Shown here: positions 1-10,802 of the stretch, piece by piece
How the letters are laid out: each line of letters begins with the position of its first letter
Position numbering within the stretch: position 1 is the stretch's first letter
Assembly (NCBI GenBank): GCA_048538275.1
Contig: JBLYPW010000002.1
Span: forward strand, 2,111 to 66,110
Source of the DNA: Candidatus Komeilibacteria bacterium
GTDB lineage: Bacteria; Patescibacteriota; Patescibacteriia; UBA1558
DNA length: 64,000 nt
Direction: 5' to 3'
Notes under the pieces: model-generated
Told to the model about the DNA's origin: nothing
What the model saw: the letters and a program-made list of their open reading frames with translations, nothing else
Databases searched by the model: none
Translations under genes and position numbers: made by a program

Positions 1-2
1 TA

Positions 3-3000
3 CAAGTTGCTTCCAATGGAGCAACCGGCGGTGATATTTTAACGATCAATTCTACGGGGCAGGTCGGCATCGGAACGACGAGTCCTGGAAGTTATTATAC
101 ATATGCTGACGATTTGGTACTATATAAAGTAGATGGAGTGAGTAATCAAGGAGCAGGATTGTCTTTAATTAGTGGTAGTAATGATATAAGCGTTATAGCG
201 TTTGGAGATGGAATGACGGGTAGCTCATCATACGCAGGGAGTATAATGTATAATCATGCTGATAATTCTATGAGACTTAGTACGAATGCTAATGAAGCCA
301 TACGAATAGATTCTTCCGGTGAGGTCGGCATCGGAACTACAGATCCAGGAGCAAAATTAGATGTTTATACTAGTGCTGGGGTTAATGGTGTAAGTCAAGC
401 TCAATTGGTATGGAGTAATGGTGCGCAGGAAGCAGCATTTTTAGGTAATTCGGACGGTGTAGGTACAATTGGATTGGCTTATTATGATGATGACTCTGGT
501 AATGTGTTTAGCGTTTACAGTAGTGATGTTAACGCAGAAGCATATTTTGCCGGTAATGTCGGCATCGGGACGACGGCGCCTTCTGCTCAGCTTGATGTGA
601 TTGGGACAACTGGTGCAACATCTTCTGCTGGGAGTAAAGGATTAGAAGTTTTTGGTGGCACTGGTGGTGTTGGTTCGGCTGGTGTCGGTGGCGCCGGTGG
701 AGGAAATAGTATCCAGGGTGGCACTGGTGGAGTTGGCAATGGCACTTCTGGCGGTGAAGGTTATGCTGGTGGCGCCGGTGGCACAAATATTATACAAGGA
801 GGTACTGGAGGTGTTGGCGCAACTGGCACCATCGGCGATATAGGTGGCGCCGGTGGTGCTGGCGGGGTCGTGTATTTGGTTGGTGGCGCCGGTGGCGCTG
901 GCGGAGCATCGGGCGGCGCAGGGGCTGGTACTAGTGGAGATGGTGGCAATGTTTATATATATGGCGGCGCAGGCAATACAAATGGCGATGTTATCTTGGC
1001 TCACACAGGATCAGCCGCACAGGGTAAGGTTGGTATCGGTACAACGGCGCCAGGCTATTTATTAGATGTGAATGGGAGTTTGAATGCGGGCGCTGCTACG
1101 GTTACATCTTTAACCAGTAGTGGAGCGGTGTCCGGTACAACCGGGACTTTTTCCTCTGTTATTAATGTTGGTGGTACCAGCGGCAGAGCTTATAATTCTT
1201 TTTCAACTTCTGCGGCTAAAAGTAGAAGCAATATAGCTAATGCCGATGATTTATATGTAGCTGGTGATATCGAAGTTGATACATATTTATTTGTCGATGG
1301 TAACGTGGCTATGGCTGAGGATGCTACAATAGGAATTAGCCCTAGCACGGAGAGAATCGTTTTCAATGGGGGGTCCGATGTTATTCAGGTACTTTCTTCA
1401 GATTTTTCTGTAGGTACATCAGATTTTTATGTAGATGATTCCGCAGGTCAGATCGGCATCGGCACAACTTCTCCATCGGCAGATCTTGATGTAGCTGGTA
1501 CATTTAAGACAAGTGGCGTCGGTGATGTTACTATTGCTAATGATATATATATGTCAAATGGTGTAGCTTCTGAGATTCAGAGTAAATCATCTTTGACTAT
1601 CCAAGCAGGAGATGCCGGGACTAATAGTAATATTGTTTTAGATCCACAGGGTACCGGAGGTGTAGTGATAGATATGCCGGCGGGCACTAGTACTCAGGGA
1701 GTTTGTCATAGTGGTGCCAGTGCAGGATCTGGTGGGGCTAGTGCAAGAACGCTTCTCGCGTGTAATGGTGCTCCGGCTGATTATGCTGAGTGGTATAGAG
1801 TCAAGCTGAATGAGAACGTAGAAGCTGGAGACATTGTTTTGCCAGAATATGAGGAAGATAACGTCAAGGGTAAAAATTTTGCACTAGTTAAAAGTGGTGA
1901 GGCATATGCTCGTCCTATAGTAGGTGTTATTTCGACTGAGCCATACCGAGTTATTGGTGAAAATATATTTCCCGAGGGTGCTGAAATTAGCGAGGGCACA
2001 GTAATAGAAATAGAGGGCGTTCATTATGCAGCAGTGGCATTAAATGGTCGCGTGTCTGTTAAAGTATCCGCCGAAAACGGTTCCATTGGAGTTGGGGATA
2101 TGATTACAACCTCTACTATACCAGGCTATGGTATGAAATTAAACGAATGGGAATCAGGACCAATTGTAGGAAAAGCACTCGAATCTTTGGAGAGCGGCGT
2201 TGGTTTAATTGAGGTTTTTATGAGTATTGGATATTATAGCGGTAATTATGCAAAGTTGATTCAAAATAATTTATTGCTGAATGATTATCATTTACAGTTT
2301 GGTACCAGTAATGCATGGACAGTAAATTATGATTCTAGTAATACTGGTAATTTGCTAGTCACATCAAATCAAGCTAATTCTAATTTTGTGGTAAGCTTAG
2401 CTGATCAAAGTGATAGTTTGTTGGTTAATAATGGTAATTTGCAAGTAGGCGACGGTTCTCCAGATTTGAGTTTGGCTGGTAATAGTTTATATGTGCAGGG
2501 TAGTCTAGAAGCTGATGGCGATGCTAGATTGGATGGCGCACTGACAGTAGCCGGTAGTACGACATTAAACGGTCCGCTAGATATTATATATGATGGCGAT
2601 ACGACCATTGGTGGTGACTTGGTATTAGATAAAACTGGTGGTAGTAATATTACTTCTAGTGACCAATTAACTTTAAGTTCTACTTCTGGCCAAGTCCAAA
2701 TAGACGACGAATTAGTGATCGGCAATGATAATGTCGGTATCGGATCTATTACATCAGACAGTGCTGGTGTTACTGTTAAAGCTGATGCTGGAAATTCTGG
2801 ACAGGTGCGGGGTATTAGCCTAGAGTTGGATGATAATGCCGGGCAGTCGGCCTTGACCATTATGAATAGTGACAGTTCGGCCGTGGGCACAGTTGATTCT
2901 CTCGGTAATCTGGCCTTGGCCGGCTCGGTCAATAGCGACTTATCAGTGGTGGCGCAGATGTTCCCGGTCACGACGGATGTCGGCGGCCAATTACCAGATA

Positions 3001-6000
3001 CCGGTGATATTGTTATCACCGCCAATGATAGCTCGGATAATTTAATTCGCTCGCAAAGTGAATATCAGAATAATGTTATTGGTGTAGTTACCGCTAAAGC
3101 GGCCGTTACTTTGGACAATGATGTTATGGGTAGAGCGATCGCTCTGGCTGGCACAGTTGATATTAAAGTTAATGATAGTAATGGCGCAATCGCGGCCGGT
3201 GATTATTTGACCACGTCGGCAACACCGGGTGTTGCCATGAAAGCCACCCAGGCCGGCCCGGTAGTAGCCAAAGCGCTTGAGAGCTTTTCTGGGAGTTCCG
3301 AAGGATCTTCCGGAGTTAGCGAAATTAAAGCCTTTATCCACGTTTCTTGGTATGACCCGCTTTCTGATAATTTGTTGGTTAGTGGAACTTTGACCGTGGG
3401 TGGCGATACTGATTTACAAGGTGGTGTGATCTTAGGTAATGCCAGCGACGATTTGATAGAAGTGAAGGGTAAATTCAAATCTGCTCTCTTGGCTGATAGT
3501 GATAATATTTATAATTTAGGTGACGATACCAATCGTTGGGCGAGCGGTTACTTTGGCACGGAGGTGAAAGTAGACAATTTGAGTTTGACCAATAATCAAA
3601 TCAGCACCACCAATGATTTGGCGATCAAGTCGGTGGAAGGAAATATGACTTTGCAGACTACTGCTCTTGATTCTACTATTACTTTGAAACCGGCTGACGG
3701 CACGGCTGCGCTAGAAGTGAACAGTGATAATAATTTGGCTACTTTGGTGGGACGCGGCGGTTATTTACGCGTGGGTATGGGTAGTACCGCCGATCATGTC
3801 ACTAATGAAAATGATTTATATGTGGCCGGCAGTATGGAAGTAAATGGTGATTTGTATATTGCCGGTGATGTTTTGGCGCCGCGGTTGACTGATAGTATTC
3901 AGCAGCAGATCCAGGAGAATTTAGTATTAAAAACACAGAGCGTTTATGCTCAGGATGATCGTCGCTTTACATGGCAATCTGGTAATTTTCATGATGTGGC
4001 CACTGTTACCACCAGCGATGATAAGTGGGTAGTGGTATATAGCGACGCGGATGATAATGATAGCGGTCATTATATCATATTTGACCGTGATGGCAGTGAA
4101 CAGACGCGAGGTATATTTAATAGCGGCGCCACGAACAATACGCAAGTTGTTGCTATGTCCGGTGGTCAGGTGATGATTGTCTATACCGATGCCGGCAATT
4201 CAAATTATGGCACTTTGGCGGTAGTAAATAGTGCTGGCCAGCTACAAGTGGACGAAACTGTATTCAATAGCGCCGCCACTGATGCTTTGGCAGCGGTTGC
4301 ATTAAACAATGGCAACATTTTCTTGAGTTATAGTGATAATGGCACTGCTAAATATACTATTATTACGCCAAATTATAATATTGTAAAAGGAGAAACCGCT
4401 TTAAGTATTGACAATGTTAGCTCTATCAAAGCAGTACAGTCCGGTCAAGAAATTATCATGACTGTGCTGGGTGGTGTAACCCCAGCATTACAAAGCCTGA
4501 CTATTGATTTGTCTGATTATAGCGTGTTGAGCAATACTGTTACCACTGACACGGTGAATGATATGATATTGCGTTCATCCGGCAAGCAGACAATATTGGC
4601 TTATGTGACAGCGACCGGATTGCATATGGGTGAGATTGATCACAATGCTTTATTTACGGCGTGGTCTTATCAAGTGGCCGGTGTTGAGAAAGTTGATGTA
4701 CAGAGTTTGGCTGGGGAAAGGTGGCTAGTGGTGACTAGCGCCGCTGGTCAGCTGAGTAGAGTGATCTTGGATCAAGCCGGCAATGTTTTATTAGCGCGTG
4801 CTGCTATTGCCGCTAGTGGCAGTGATTGGCAGTTGACAGCTGATCAGCAGGGTAGAGCCTTTTTGGCAACAGCCGCCATTACCGGTTTATCGGGCTTGTC
4901 TTGGGATGAAACGGTTGGTTATGATTTGTTAAATAATCAGGGTCGTTGGCATAGTATCAATGTAAATGTGGGACAGGATGAGAAAGTTGTCTTAGCTATG
5001 CCGTATAATTCAGGTTGGCAGTATTCTGATCCGATTAGTCTGACAGCCGGAGATAATGATATCAATCTTGGTTTTGCCACTTATGAATTTACCAGCCGAG
5101 CGGGTGATAATTATTTCAGTTTGCCGGGCCGGGGATTGGGCGTGGCCGATATTCGCGGCATTAGCGATGAAGAGGGTAGGACATACCAAGCTAAATTTAA
5201 TAATAAGTTCTTTTATATCCCTGACATGGGGGCTGCTCATCAGGTGACAGTGACTTACGCTTTACCCATCAATAGCCAGGCCATGACTATTGTGGGTGGA
5301 ATTGATGATAGTCAAGCTACTATCAATAGCGCTGTCACCTTGAGCGCAGCCCAGGCCAATAGCGTGGCCACCGCTGCTTGGTCAGACGGTACCACTGCGT
5401 TGGCCTTTGTGGATAGCAGCGACCAGTTGGCAAAAATAAATATATATAATGATGCGGATAAGTTAGTGGCTACTAAAGTTTTAAGCTCCACTCCAGCTAG
5501 TGCTATTGCCATGGCGCGCACCGCCAGTGATGATAACTTGGTAGCCTGGCGCAGTGGCCAAGATTTGTACTCTGCTATTGTGAATAAAGGCGGCGCCATT
5601 GCCAACCAACGGCACTTATCCAGCCAAGCAGGGGGTAAATTAGCGATCGTTGGTATTGGTAAAGATAGTGAAGCTTTATTCTATATTGCTAGTGACCAAG
5701 CTTTGCACGCTATCAACTTATCTTATGATAATAATACTGTAACTCCTGATACCACCATAGTGGCGGCGGCAGTGAATGATTTTGCTAGCAGTATTATGCC
5801 GGATGGCAATATTTGGCTGACTTGGAGTGATACGGCCGGTCGCGTGGCAGTGTTAGGAGATGATTTACAAATTATTAGCAGCGCCACTTTCCAATCATTT
5901 GCGCCGGTTAAAGTAGCTACCAGTCGTTTATTAGACAACAATTATTTAATTGGCTTTATTGATAGTAGCGATAATAGCGTTAAATATATGGTCTTCAATG

Positions 6001-8258
6001 ATAATGTTGAATCCGTAGTGGGTACTACTATGATAGGGAATAATGCCAGTAAATTGATATCTAGCCGTCTGCTGGGCGGTCAATCCTGGTTATTATGGCA
6101 GGAAGGTGTTAATTTGCTGGGCGCCTTGGTGGCAGCCGACGGGACTGTACAAATTGACAGCACGACGATAGCTACTGGTAGCTTATTGAACACGCTGGGC
6201 AATAAAGTTATTTATCAAAATGGTAGTGCTATATTGCGTAGTGAAGTATTGCCTTGGACGGGTACAAATTTGGCAGTGGGTAATATCAGTCAAGCGGATT
6301 TTGTTTTTGAAGATTATAGCCTGTCCGATAATGATCAAGCGATTGATAGTAGCGGTGATAATAATAATAGTGCCAACGGCGACGTGGCGGAAAATATGAC
6401 GGTACGCGTGTTGAATGATCAAGATGTACGTCAAATTACGGGCATGACAGTGGAAGAATTTAATACTTATGAATATACGTACTGTGATGTGAAGAATAAT
6501 ACGAATGTAGTTGATACGAATAATGAGGATGTTATTAATGACTGTGCTTGGGAACAATTACCGGCGGCCGGTGATGTCGTAGTAGCTGATTATGCCGGCA
6601 CTGTCATGGCTGTCAAATCAGTTCAAGCCAATGCTCGCAATATTGTTGGCGTGGTAACAACTGATCCGGCGGTTATTTTGAAGAAGAATTTGGAAGGTCG
6701 TACTATTGTACTGACCGGCACTACGCCAGTGAATGTCAGTTTGGAGAATGGTCCGATTGCCAAGGGTGATCTTTTGACTACCGCTACCGCGGCTGGTTAT
6801 GCCATGAAAGCGACGCAAAGAACCGCCGGAACGATTGGCGTGGCTTTGGAGGCTTTTGATCCGGTTGCCAGTTGTCAGCAGCAGACGCGTGATGATTATC
6901 AAGCACAATTGTTAGTAGAGTATCCGGAGTGGGATGAAGCGCAAGTGCAAGAAGCTATTGACGCTTTGGATATTAGTAGTTGCGCTGATACGGCATCGCA
7001 GTATGGGCAGGTTAAAGTATTATTGAGCATCAATAATCCGGTAGTGACCGCCAGTGGCAGTGTCATAACAATTGTGTCCGGTGATGATGTGGATAGCTCT
7101 ACGATTGATTTATCCATTGTTGAATATGAAGAATTTGGCAATGTAGTGGTCAAAGGCGATGCTATTTTTGGTGGCAAGATAACCGTGGCCAAAGCCGAGT
7201 TTTTGGGCAATGTCGTGGTGGCCGGCAATGTTAAACTGGCGGGAGATTTGGAATTAGCCGGCGCTATTACTCAGGATTATTGGGACGGTTCTGACGGTAA
7301 TTTGACGGTTGGTGACGCGGTTTATATTGCCGGCGCCAATACTGTCAATATCACGTGGGCCGATGATGATAGCTTCCACCCGGCTATTGGCTTGGCAGTG
7401 CAAATATTACCGTTTGACTTGATAAACAAGAGTAAATTAGCTGATTATGTGAAAGCTTTAGGGTATGAAGATGTGGATAGTCTGCCGACTGATGTCCGAT
7501 CCACTATTCGCTTGGTGAAAGTGGCTTCGGCTGGAGTAGTGGGAGGCTTTGCTAATTTGCAACCGGGCAACCGTTATTATCTGGCTACTGCCAGTAATGC
7601 GGTAGCTGATGACAGCTGGTCAGATATTAATGATTTATTAGCTGAATCGGCGGCTTTGACGGCGTCTATTAATGATCAGCAAGTAGCGGTGAATGAATTA
7701 TTGGGTAATTCTGAACCAACGCCGACCAACCAACGATCATTATCCATTATACCGCCTCAGAGCGAACAAGCAGTCAAGCAGATTATGGGTGTGGCCAAGA
7801 GTCAGACAGAGTTGTTGATTATGCCGAGCTTAAATTATCAAGGTGGTAATAGCGATGCGGCTGAAATTGTTGAGCCGGCTAGCAGCGCTCCGGTGGTGAA
7901 TGTTAGCCCGGTCAATACTAGTGATGACACAATAGTGAATGTTGACAATAGCGCCACCGAGACCACGTCGGCTGAGGATGATTCTATCAGCGTTGAACAA
8001 GCAGATGACGCAATTAGTAGCGACCCGACAGAAAGTGATGACACGATTGAGAATAATACTGCTAGTACGACTGATAATATAACAACTGATAGCAGTACAA
8101 CTACTGATACTGCCAGCGGTGATGAGGTAGCCGCTCCATCATCAGATACAGTGGATAATATTGATACGACGGCCAGTCAAGACACGGTTTCACTTGATAG
8201 CTCGGCTAGTGATAGTGCGGCAGCGCCCACTGACGACAGCGTTGTGATAGGGGAATGA
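3..8258 (+). CDS. Giant surface/adhesin-like protein, 5'-partial; GxVGIGTT repeats, Gly-rich tract, three Peptidase_G2-like modules, central repeat region, acidic Ser/Thr/Asp tail
   Basis: Frame is open from base 3 (QVASNGATGGDILTINSTGQVGIGTTSPG...), so the listed TTG start at 114 is not the real start. Repeated G(N/E/K/Q)(V/I)GIGTT motifs; three modules with (D)xAE/GD(I/V)V...GV(I/V)...ALxG.V.vkV...nG.I..GD.lTt....G..MK. Confidence 0.8.
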   Translation, partial: QVASNGATGGDILTINSTGQVGIGTTSPGSYYTYADDLVLYKVDGVSNQGAGLSLISGSNDISVIAFGDGMTGSSSYAGSIMYNHADNSMRLSTNANEAIRIDSSGEVGIGTTDPGAKLDVYTSAGVNGVSQAQLVWSNGAQEAAFLGNSDGVGTIGLAYYDDDSGNVFSVYSSDVNAEAYFAGNVGIGTTAPSAQLDVIGTTGATSSAGSKGLEVFGGTGGVGSAGVGGAGGGNSIQGGTGGVGNGTSGGEGYAGGAGGTNIIQGGTGGVGATGTIGDIGGAGGAGGVVYLVGGAGGAGGASGGAGAGTSGDGGNVYIYGGAGNTNGDVILAHTGSAAQGKVGIGTTAPGYLLDVNGSLNAGAATVTSLTSSGAVSGTTGTFSSVINVGGTSGRAYNSFSTSAAKSRSNIANADDLYVAGDIEVDTYLFVDGNVAMAEDATIGISPSTERIVFNGGSDVIQVLSSDFSVGTSDFYVDDSAGQIGIGTTSPSADLDVAGTFKTSGVGDVTIANDIYMSNGVASEIQSKSSLTIQAGDAGTNSNIVLDPQGTGGVVIDMPAGTSTQGVCHSGASAGSGGASARTLLACNGAPADYAEWYRVKLNENVEAGDIVLPEYEEDNVKGKNFALVKSGEAYARPIVGVISTEPYRVIGENIFPEGAEISEGTVIEIEGVHYAAVALNGRVSVKVSAENGSIGVGDMITTSTIPGYGMKLNEWESGPIVGKALESLESGVGLIEVFMSIGYYSGNYAKLIQNNLLLNDYHLQFGTSNAWTVNYDSSNTGNLLVTSNQANSNFVVSLADQSDSLLVNNGNLQVGDGSPDLSLAGNSLYVQGSLEADGDARLDGALTVAGSTTLNGPLDIIYDGDTTIGGDLVLDKTGGSNITSSDQLTLSSTSGQVQIDDELVIGNDNVGIGSITSDSAGVTVKADAGNSGQVRGISLELDDNAGQSALTIMNSDSSAVGTVDSLGNLALAGSVNSDLSVVAQMFPVTTDVGGQLPDTGDIVITANDSSDNLIRSQSEYQNNVIGVVTAKAAVTLDNDVMGRAIALAGTVDIKVNDSNGAIAAGDYLTTSATPGVAMKATQAGPVVAKALESFSGSSEGSSGVSEIKAFIHVSWYDPLSDNLLVSGTLTVGGDTDLQGGVILGNASDDLIEVKGKFKSALLADSDNIYNLGDDTNRWASGYFGTEVKVDNLSLTNNQISTTNDLAIKSVEGNMTLQTTALDSTITLKPADGTAALEVNSDNNLATLVGRGGYLRVGMGSTADHVTNENDLYVAGSMEVNGDLYIAGDVLAPRLTDSIQQQIQENLVLKTQSVYAQDDRRFTWQSGNFHDVATVTTSDDKWVVVYSDADDNDSGHYIIFDRDGSEQTRGIFNSGATNNTQVVAMSGGQVMIVYTDAGNSNYGTLAVVNSAGQLQVDETVFNSAATDALAAVALNNGNIFLSYSDNGTAKYTIITPNYNIVKGETALSIDNVSSIKAVQSGQEIIMTVLGGVTPALQSLTIDLSDYSVLSNTVTTDTVNDMILRSSGKQTILAYVTATGLHMGEIDHNALFTAWSYQVAGVEKVDVQSLAGERWLVVTSAAGQLSRVILDQAGNVLLARAAIAASGSDWQLTADQQGRAFLATAAITGLSGLSWDETVGYDLLNNQGRWHSINVNVGQDEKVVLAMPYNSGWQYSDPISLTAGDNDINLGFATYEFTSRAGDNYFSLPGRGLGVADIRGISDEEGRTYQAKFNNKFFYIPDMGAAHQVTVTYALPINSQAMTIVGGIDDSQATINSAVTLSAAQANSVATAAWSDGTTALAFVDSSDQLAKINIYNDADKLVATKVLSSTPASAIAMARTASDDNLVAWRSGQDLYSAIVNKGGAIANQRHLSSQAGGKLAIVGIGKDSEALFYIASDQALHAINLSYDNNTVTPDTTIVAAAVNDFASSIMPDGNIWLTWSDTAGRVAVLGDDLQIISSATFQSFAPVKVATSRLLDNNYLIGFIDSSDNSVKYMVFNDNVESVVGTTMIGNNASKLISSRLLGGQSWLLWQEGVNLLGALVAADGTVQIDSTTIATGSLLNTLGNKVIYQNGSAILRSEVLPWTGTNLAVGNISQADFVFEDYSLSDNDQAIDSSGDNNNSANGDVAENMTVRVLNDQDVRQITGMTVEEFNTYEYTYCDVKNNTNVVDTNNEDVINDCAWEQLPAAGDVVVADYAGTVMAVKSVQANARNIVGVVTTDPAVILKKNLEGRTIVLTGTTPVNVSLENGPIAKGDLLTTATAAGYAMKATQRTAGTIGVALEAFDPVASCQQQTRDDYQAQLLVEYPEWDEAQVQEAIDALDISSCADTASQYGQVKVLLSINNPVVTASGSVITIVSGDDVDSSTIDLSIVEYEEFGNVVVKGDAIFGGKITVAKAEFLGNVVVAGNVKLAGDLELAGAITQDYWDGSDGNLTVGDAVYIAGANTVNITWADDDSFHPAIGLAVQILPFDLINKSKLADYVKALGYEDVDSLPTDVRSTIRLVKVASAGVVGGFANLQPGNRYYLATASNAVADDSWSDINDLLAESAALTASINDQQVAVNELLGNSEPTPTNQRSLSIIPPQSEQAVKQIMGVAKSQTELLIMPSLNYQGGNSDAAEIVEPASSAPVVNVSPVNTSDDTIVNVDNSATETTSAEDDSISVEQADDAISSDPTESDDTIENNTASTTDNITTDSSTTTDTASGDEVAAPSSDTVDNIDTTASQDTVSLDSSASDSAAAPTDDSVVIGE

Positions 8259-8324
8259 TTTGATTGCGACTTTACCCTTCTCATTATGTAAATAAATTTA
8301 GGTAGAAGCAAAATAATTTAGATC

Positions 8325-10754
8325 ATGATTTATCGCCCGCTAAACAATTTAGTTTTTATGAAATTTTTGCAGAACAGTAGAATATTATTAACCAAGTGGT
8401 GGCCCCATATTTTAGTATTGGTTATTTTATTGGCGCAATTTGGTGGCCTATTGGGCAGTAGCTTGCCGGCTGGGTGGGACACATTGCCGCATTATTATGG
8501 TTTGCAAAAAATGGCCGATTGGTTGCCGCAAGGTAAAATAACCGGTTATGATATGAATTGGTTTAGCGGCTTTCCATTGTTCCAATTTTATGGACCACTG
8601 TTGCCAATGTTGATTGCCGGTTTGTATTTACTAGCCGGTAAATTATTAGCTTTGGCGTTTTGGTATCGTTTGGCAATACTATTGAGCTTATTGGCTTTTG
8701 TTTATAGTTTTGTCTGGTTTGTTATCACCTGGTGGGGTAGAAAGTTACGACCGTGGGCATATTTGGTAGCTTTGTCATTTCTATTTTACCCTAAATTATT
8801 ATCCAATCATGCTTTGGGGGCGGGCGCGTCTATTATTGACGGTATGTTTGTTAATTTGTATGGCATCGCTTTATTTTTATTATTTTTGACATTATTGCGC
8901 CGTTGGGAAAGGTTTAGAAATATGCGGGATTGGTGGTGGTTGGTAGTGATTGGTAGCGCCACGGTATTGACTCACACACTCACTACCATTGCTTTGTTGG
9001 TGACGGTATTATTGTATTGTTTATTGCGTTGGCGGCGTAGATTATGGTTATCTATGGCAAAATTAGCGGGCTTGGTATTTTTATTGACTGCTTGGTGGCT
9101 CATACCATTTGGGAAAGGTTTGCCCTATGCTTCATCCGCCACGGCCATCGCTTTACATGATTATTTATTTTTACTTTTCCCTTGGGATTGGCAGGCTTTA
9201 TTACATGGTCAATGGGGGCAGTTAGAATGGTTGGCGGCGGCGGTATTTGTTTGTGGTATTTTTGGGTTGGTAAAATTGATTCATTCCCGCCAGTATATTT
9301 GGCCAAGCTTTTTATTGATTTGGTTATTGATTTTAGCCAGTCGCTATATTGTCACTTTCGCGCCTAATTTTCCGCTACATTATTACCGACTTTTTCCTTT
9401 TGTATATGTAATTTTTTTGGCGATGGCCGCTTTCGGTTTAAGCAGTTTATGGCAATGGTCACGCGCCTATAAAATATGGCGAGGAGTGGGCTTGGCTTTA
9501 TTGGTGTTTGTATTTATTTATACTATTGCTTGGCATTATCGCTTGGCTGGTGGCTCGGGACAGATTGATTGGCGTTATTTGCGTTGGGACAGCCCTTATT
9601 ATTTTGCTTTGGATAAATATCCGGCCGCCCAAGAGGCTCGCCAACTGACTGATTATCTAGCCACCTTGCCGGACAGGCAAAGAATATTGGTAGAACAGCC
9701 CACGACTGATCAAGGCTGGGTTGGCTCGCCTCACTATTTTAAAACTATATTGCCTTTACAAGGCCAAGCAGTGCCGGGCGGTTTGTATATTGAAGGCGCG
9801 ATTGAGAGTCCACTTTTTAGTCCAACTTGGGCGGTCGTCTCGGACAGTTTTACCTGGGGGGAGATGTCTTTGTACAATGATCCGACTTTTCGTCAGCAAA
9901 GCAGTGATTCTATGTTGGAGCGGTTACAATATTTTGGTGTAGATACGGTGGTGGCTATTAGCGATAAGTTGAAAAACGCTTTATCCGCATTTTCCAGCGC
10001 CAAGTTGATTTATAGCTTGCAAGATTATGATGTTTATGAATTGTCTGGTAGTATGCCGTTTGTTTATAGCGCGCATTATCAGCCGGGCATTTATTTTTCC
10101 AATAATAATTTATCTTTTCGTGATTTAGTAAAAATATGGTATAAATTTCCCTTGTTGCTGGATATGCCGATAGTGGAAGCGCGTACTGATCTAGCTACTA
10201 CCCAGTCAGCGGAATTGGAAAAATTCGCTTATATTATGGTAAACGGTAGCTTAGCAACAGGCGATTTAGAACAATTAGCCAATGCGTCTGGTCTGATAAT
10301 ATGGCTAAACGCCCCCAATCCCGCCAATATTCCGGAAAATATGCGCAGTCATTTGTTATTTATAGATGATTTTAGTGCCAATCCGATTAGTGGAGGGCCG
10401 GTTAAATTAGCCAGAGAATTAAGTAAATATAGAGAGGCTTGGCGTTTATCACCGCAGCCGGTGGAGATGATCAGGCAGGATAATGAAAAATTAGAGTTTA
10501 GTGCTAGCGGACCGACGATAATAAATTTTGGTTATTTTCCTTATTGGCAAGATCAATCAGGACAAGAGGTTTATCAAACCACGCCGGCTAGTCAGATGTT
10601 GGTGTGGGCAAATGGCGACACTAATCTGGTTTATCAGCCGGATAAAGATAAAATATTTAGCCGTTGGGTTAGTATAATGACTTTATTAGTTGTATTATTG
10701 TATTGGTTATTGGGCAGAAGAAAGTTTCAGTTAGTTATTAAGAAGTTGTCATAG
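8325..10754 (+). CDS. Polytopic membrane protein, GT-C-fold/PTPS-related (YfhO-like) family; putative lipid-linked glycosyltransferase
   Basis: More than 10 hydrophobic segments, first loop GWDTLPHY...WFSGFPLFQFYGPL, large extracytoplasmic domain and a final TM helix; start may be the ATG at 8358 (MKFLQ). Confidence 0.6.
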   Translation: MIYRPLNNLVFMKFLQNSRILLTKWWPHILVLVILLAQFGGLLGSSLPAGWDTLPHYYGLQKMADWLPQGKITGYDMNWFSGFPLFQFYGPLLPMLIAGLYLLAGKLLALAFWYRLAILLSLLAFVYSFVWFVITWWGRKLRPWAYLVALSFLFYPKLLSNHALGAGASIIDGMFVNLYGIALFLLFLTLLRRWERFRNMRDWWWLVVIGSATVLTHTLTTIALLVTVLLYCLLRWRRRLWLSMAKLAGLVFLLTAWWLIPFGKGLPYASSATAIALHDYLFLLFPWDWQALLHGQWGQLEWLAAAVFVCGIFGLVKLIHSRQYIWPSFLLIWLLILASRYIVTFAPNFPLHYYRLFPFVYVIFLAMAAFGLSSLWQWSRAYKIWRGVGLALLVFVFIYTIAWHYRLAGGSGQIDWRYLRWDSPYYFALDKYPAAQEARQLTDYLATLPDRQRILVEQPTTDQGWVGSPHYFKTILPLQGQAVPGGLYIEGAIESPLFSPTWAVVSDSFTWGEMSLYNDPTFRQQSSDSMLERLQYFGVDTVVAISDKLKNALSAFSSAKLIYSLQDYDVYELSGSMPFVYSAHYQPGIYFSNNNLSFRDLVKIWYKFPLLLDMPIVEARTDLATTQSAELEKFAYIMVNGSLATGDLEQLANASGLIIWLNAPNPANIPENMRSHLLFIDDFSANPISGGPVKLARELSKYREAWRLSPQPVEMIRQDNEKLEFSASGPTIINFGYFPYWQDQSGQEVYQTTPASQMLVWANGDTNLVYQPDKDKIFSRWVSIMTLLVVLLYWLLGRRKFQLVIKKLS

Positions 10755-10802
10755 CATATAAGTTTTGTATAATTAGTATTTAATCTTTTAAATGATAAAA
10801 TT

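Noticed and set aside
640-990. PE-PGRS or collagen-like gene, and the overlapping Pro-rich antisense ORFs
   Set aside because: This is a short Gly-rich tract inside the giant protein with no PE domain or sustained Gly-X-Y register; the antisense ORFs are shadows.
3218-3236. REP-A-like palindrome ggcaacaccgggtgttgcc in the giant gene
   Set aside because: It encodes ATPGVA within a conserved module motif (the other modules have TIPGYG and TAAGYA), is a single copy with no length change, and is probably coincidental.
3-8258. Prophage tail region
   Set aside because: Despite the phage-like domains, no capsid, terminase, portal or integrase genes were recognised; the context is cellular surface and housekeeping genes.
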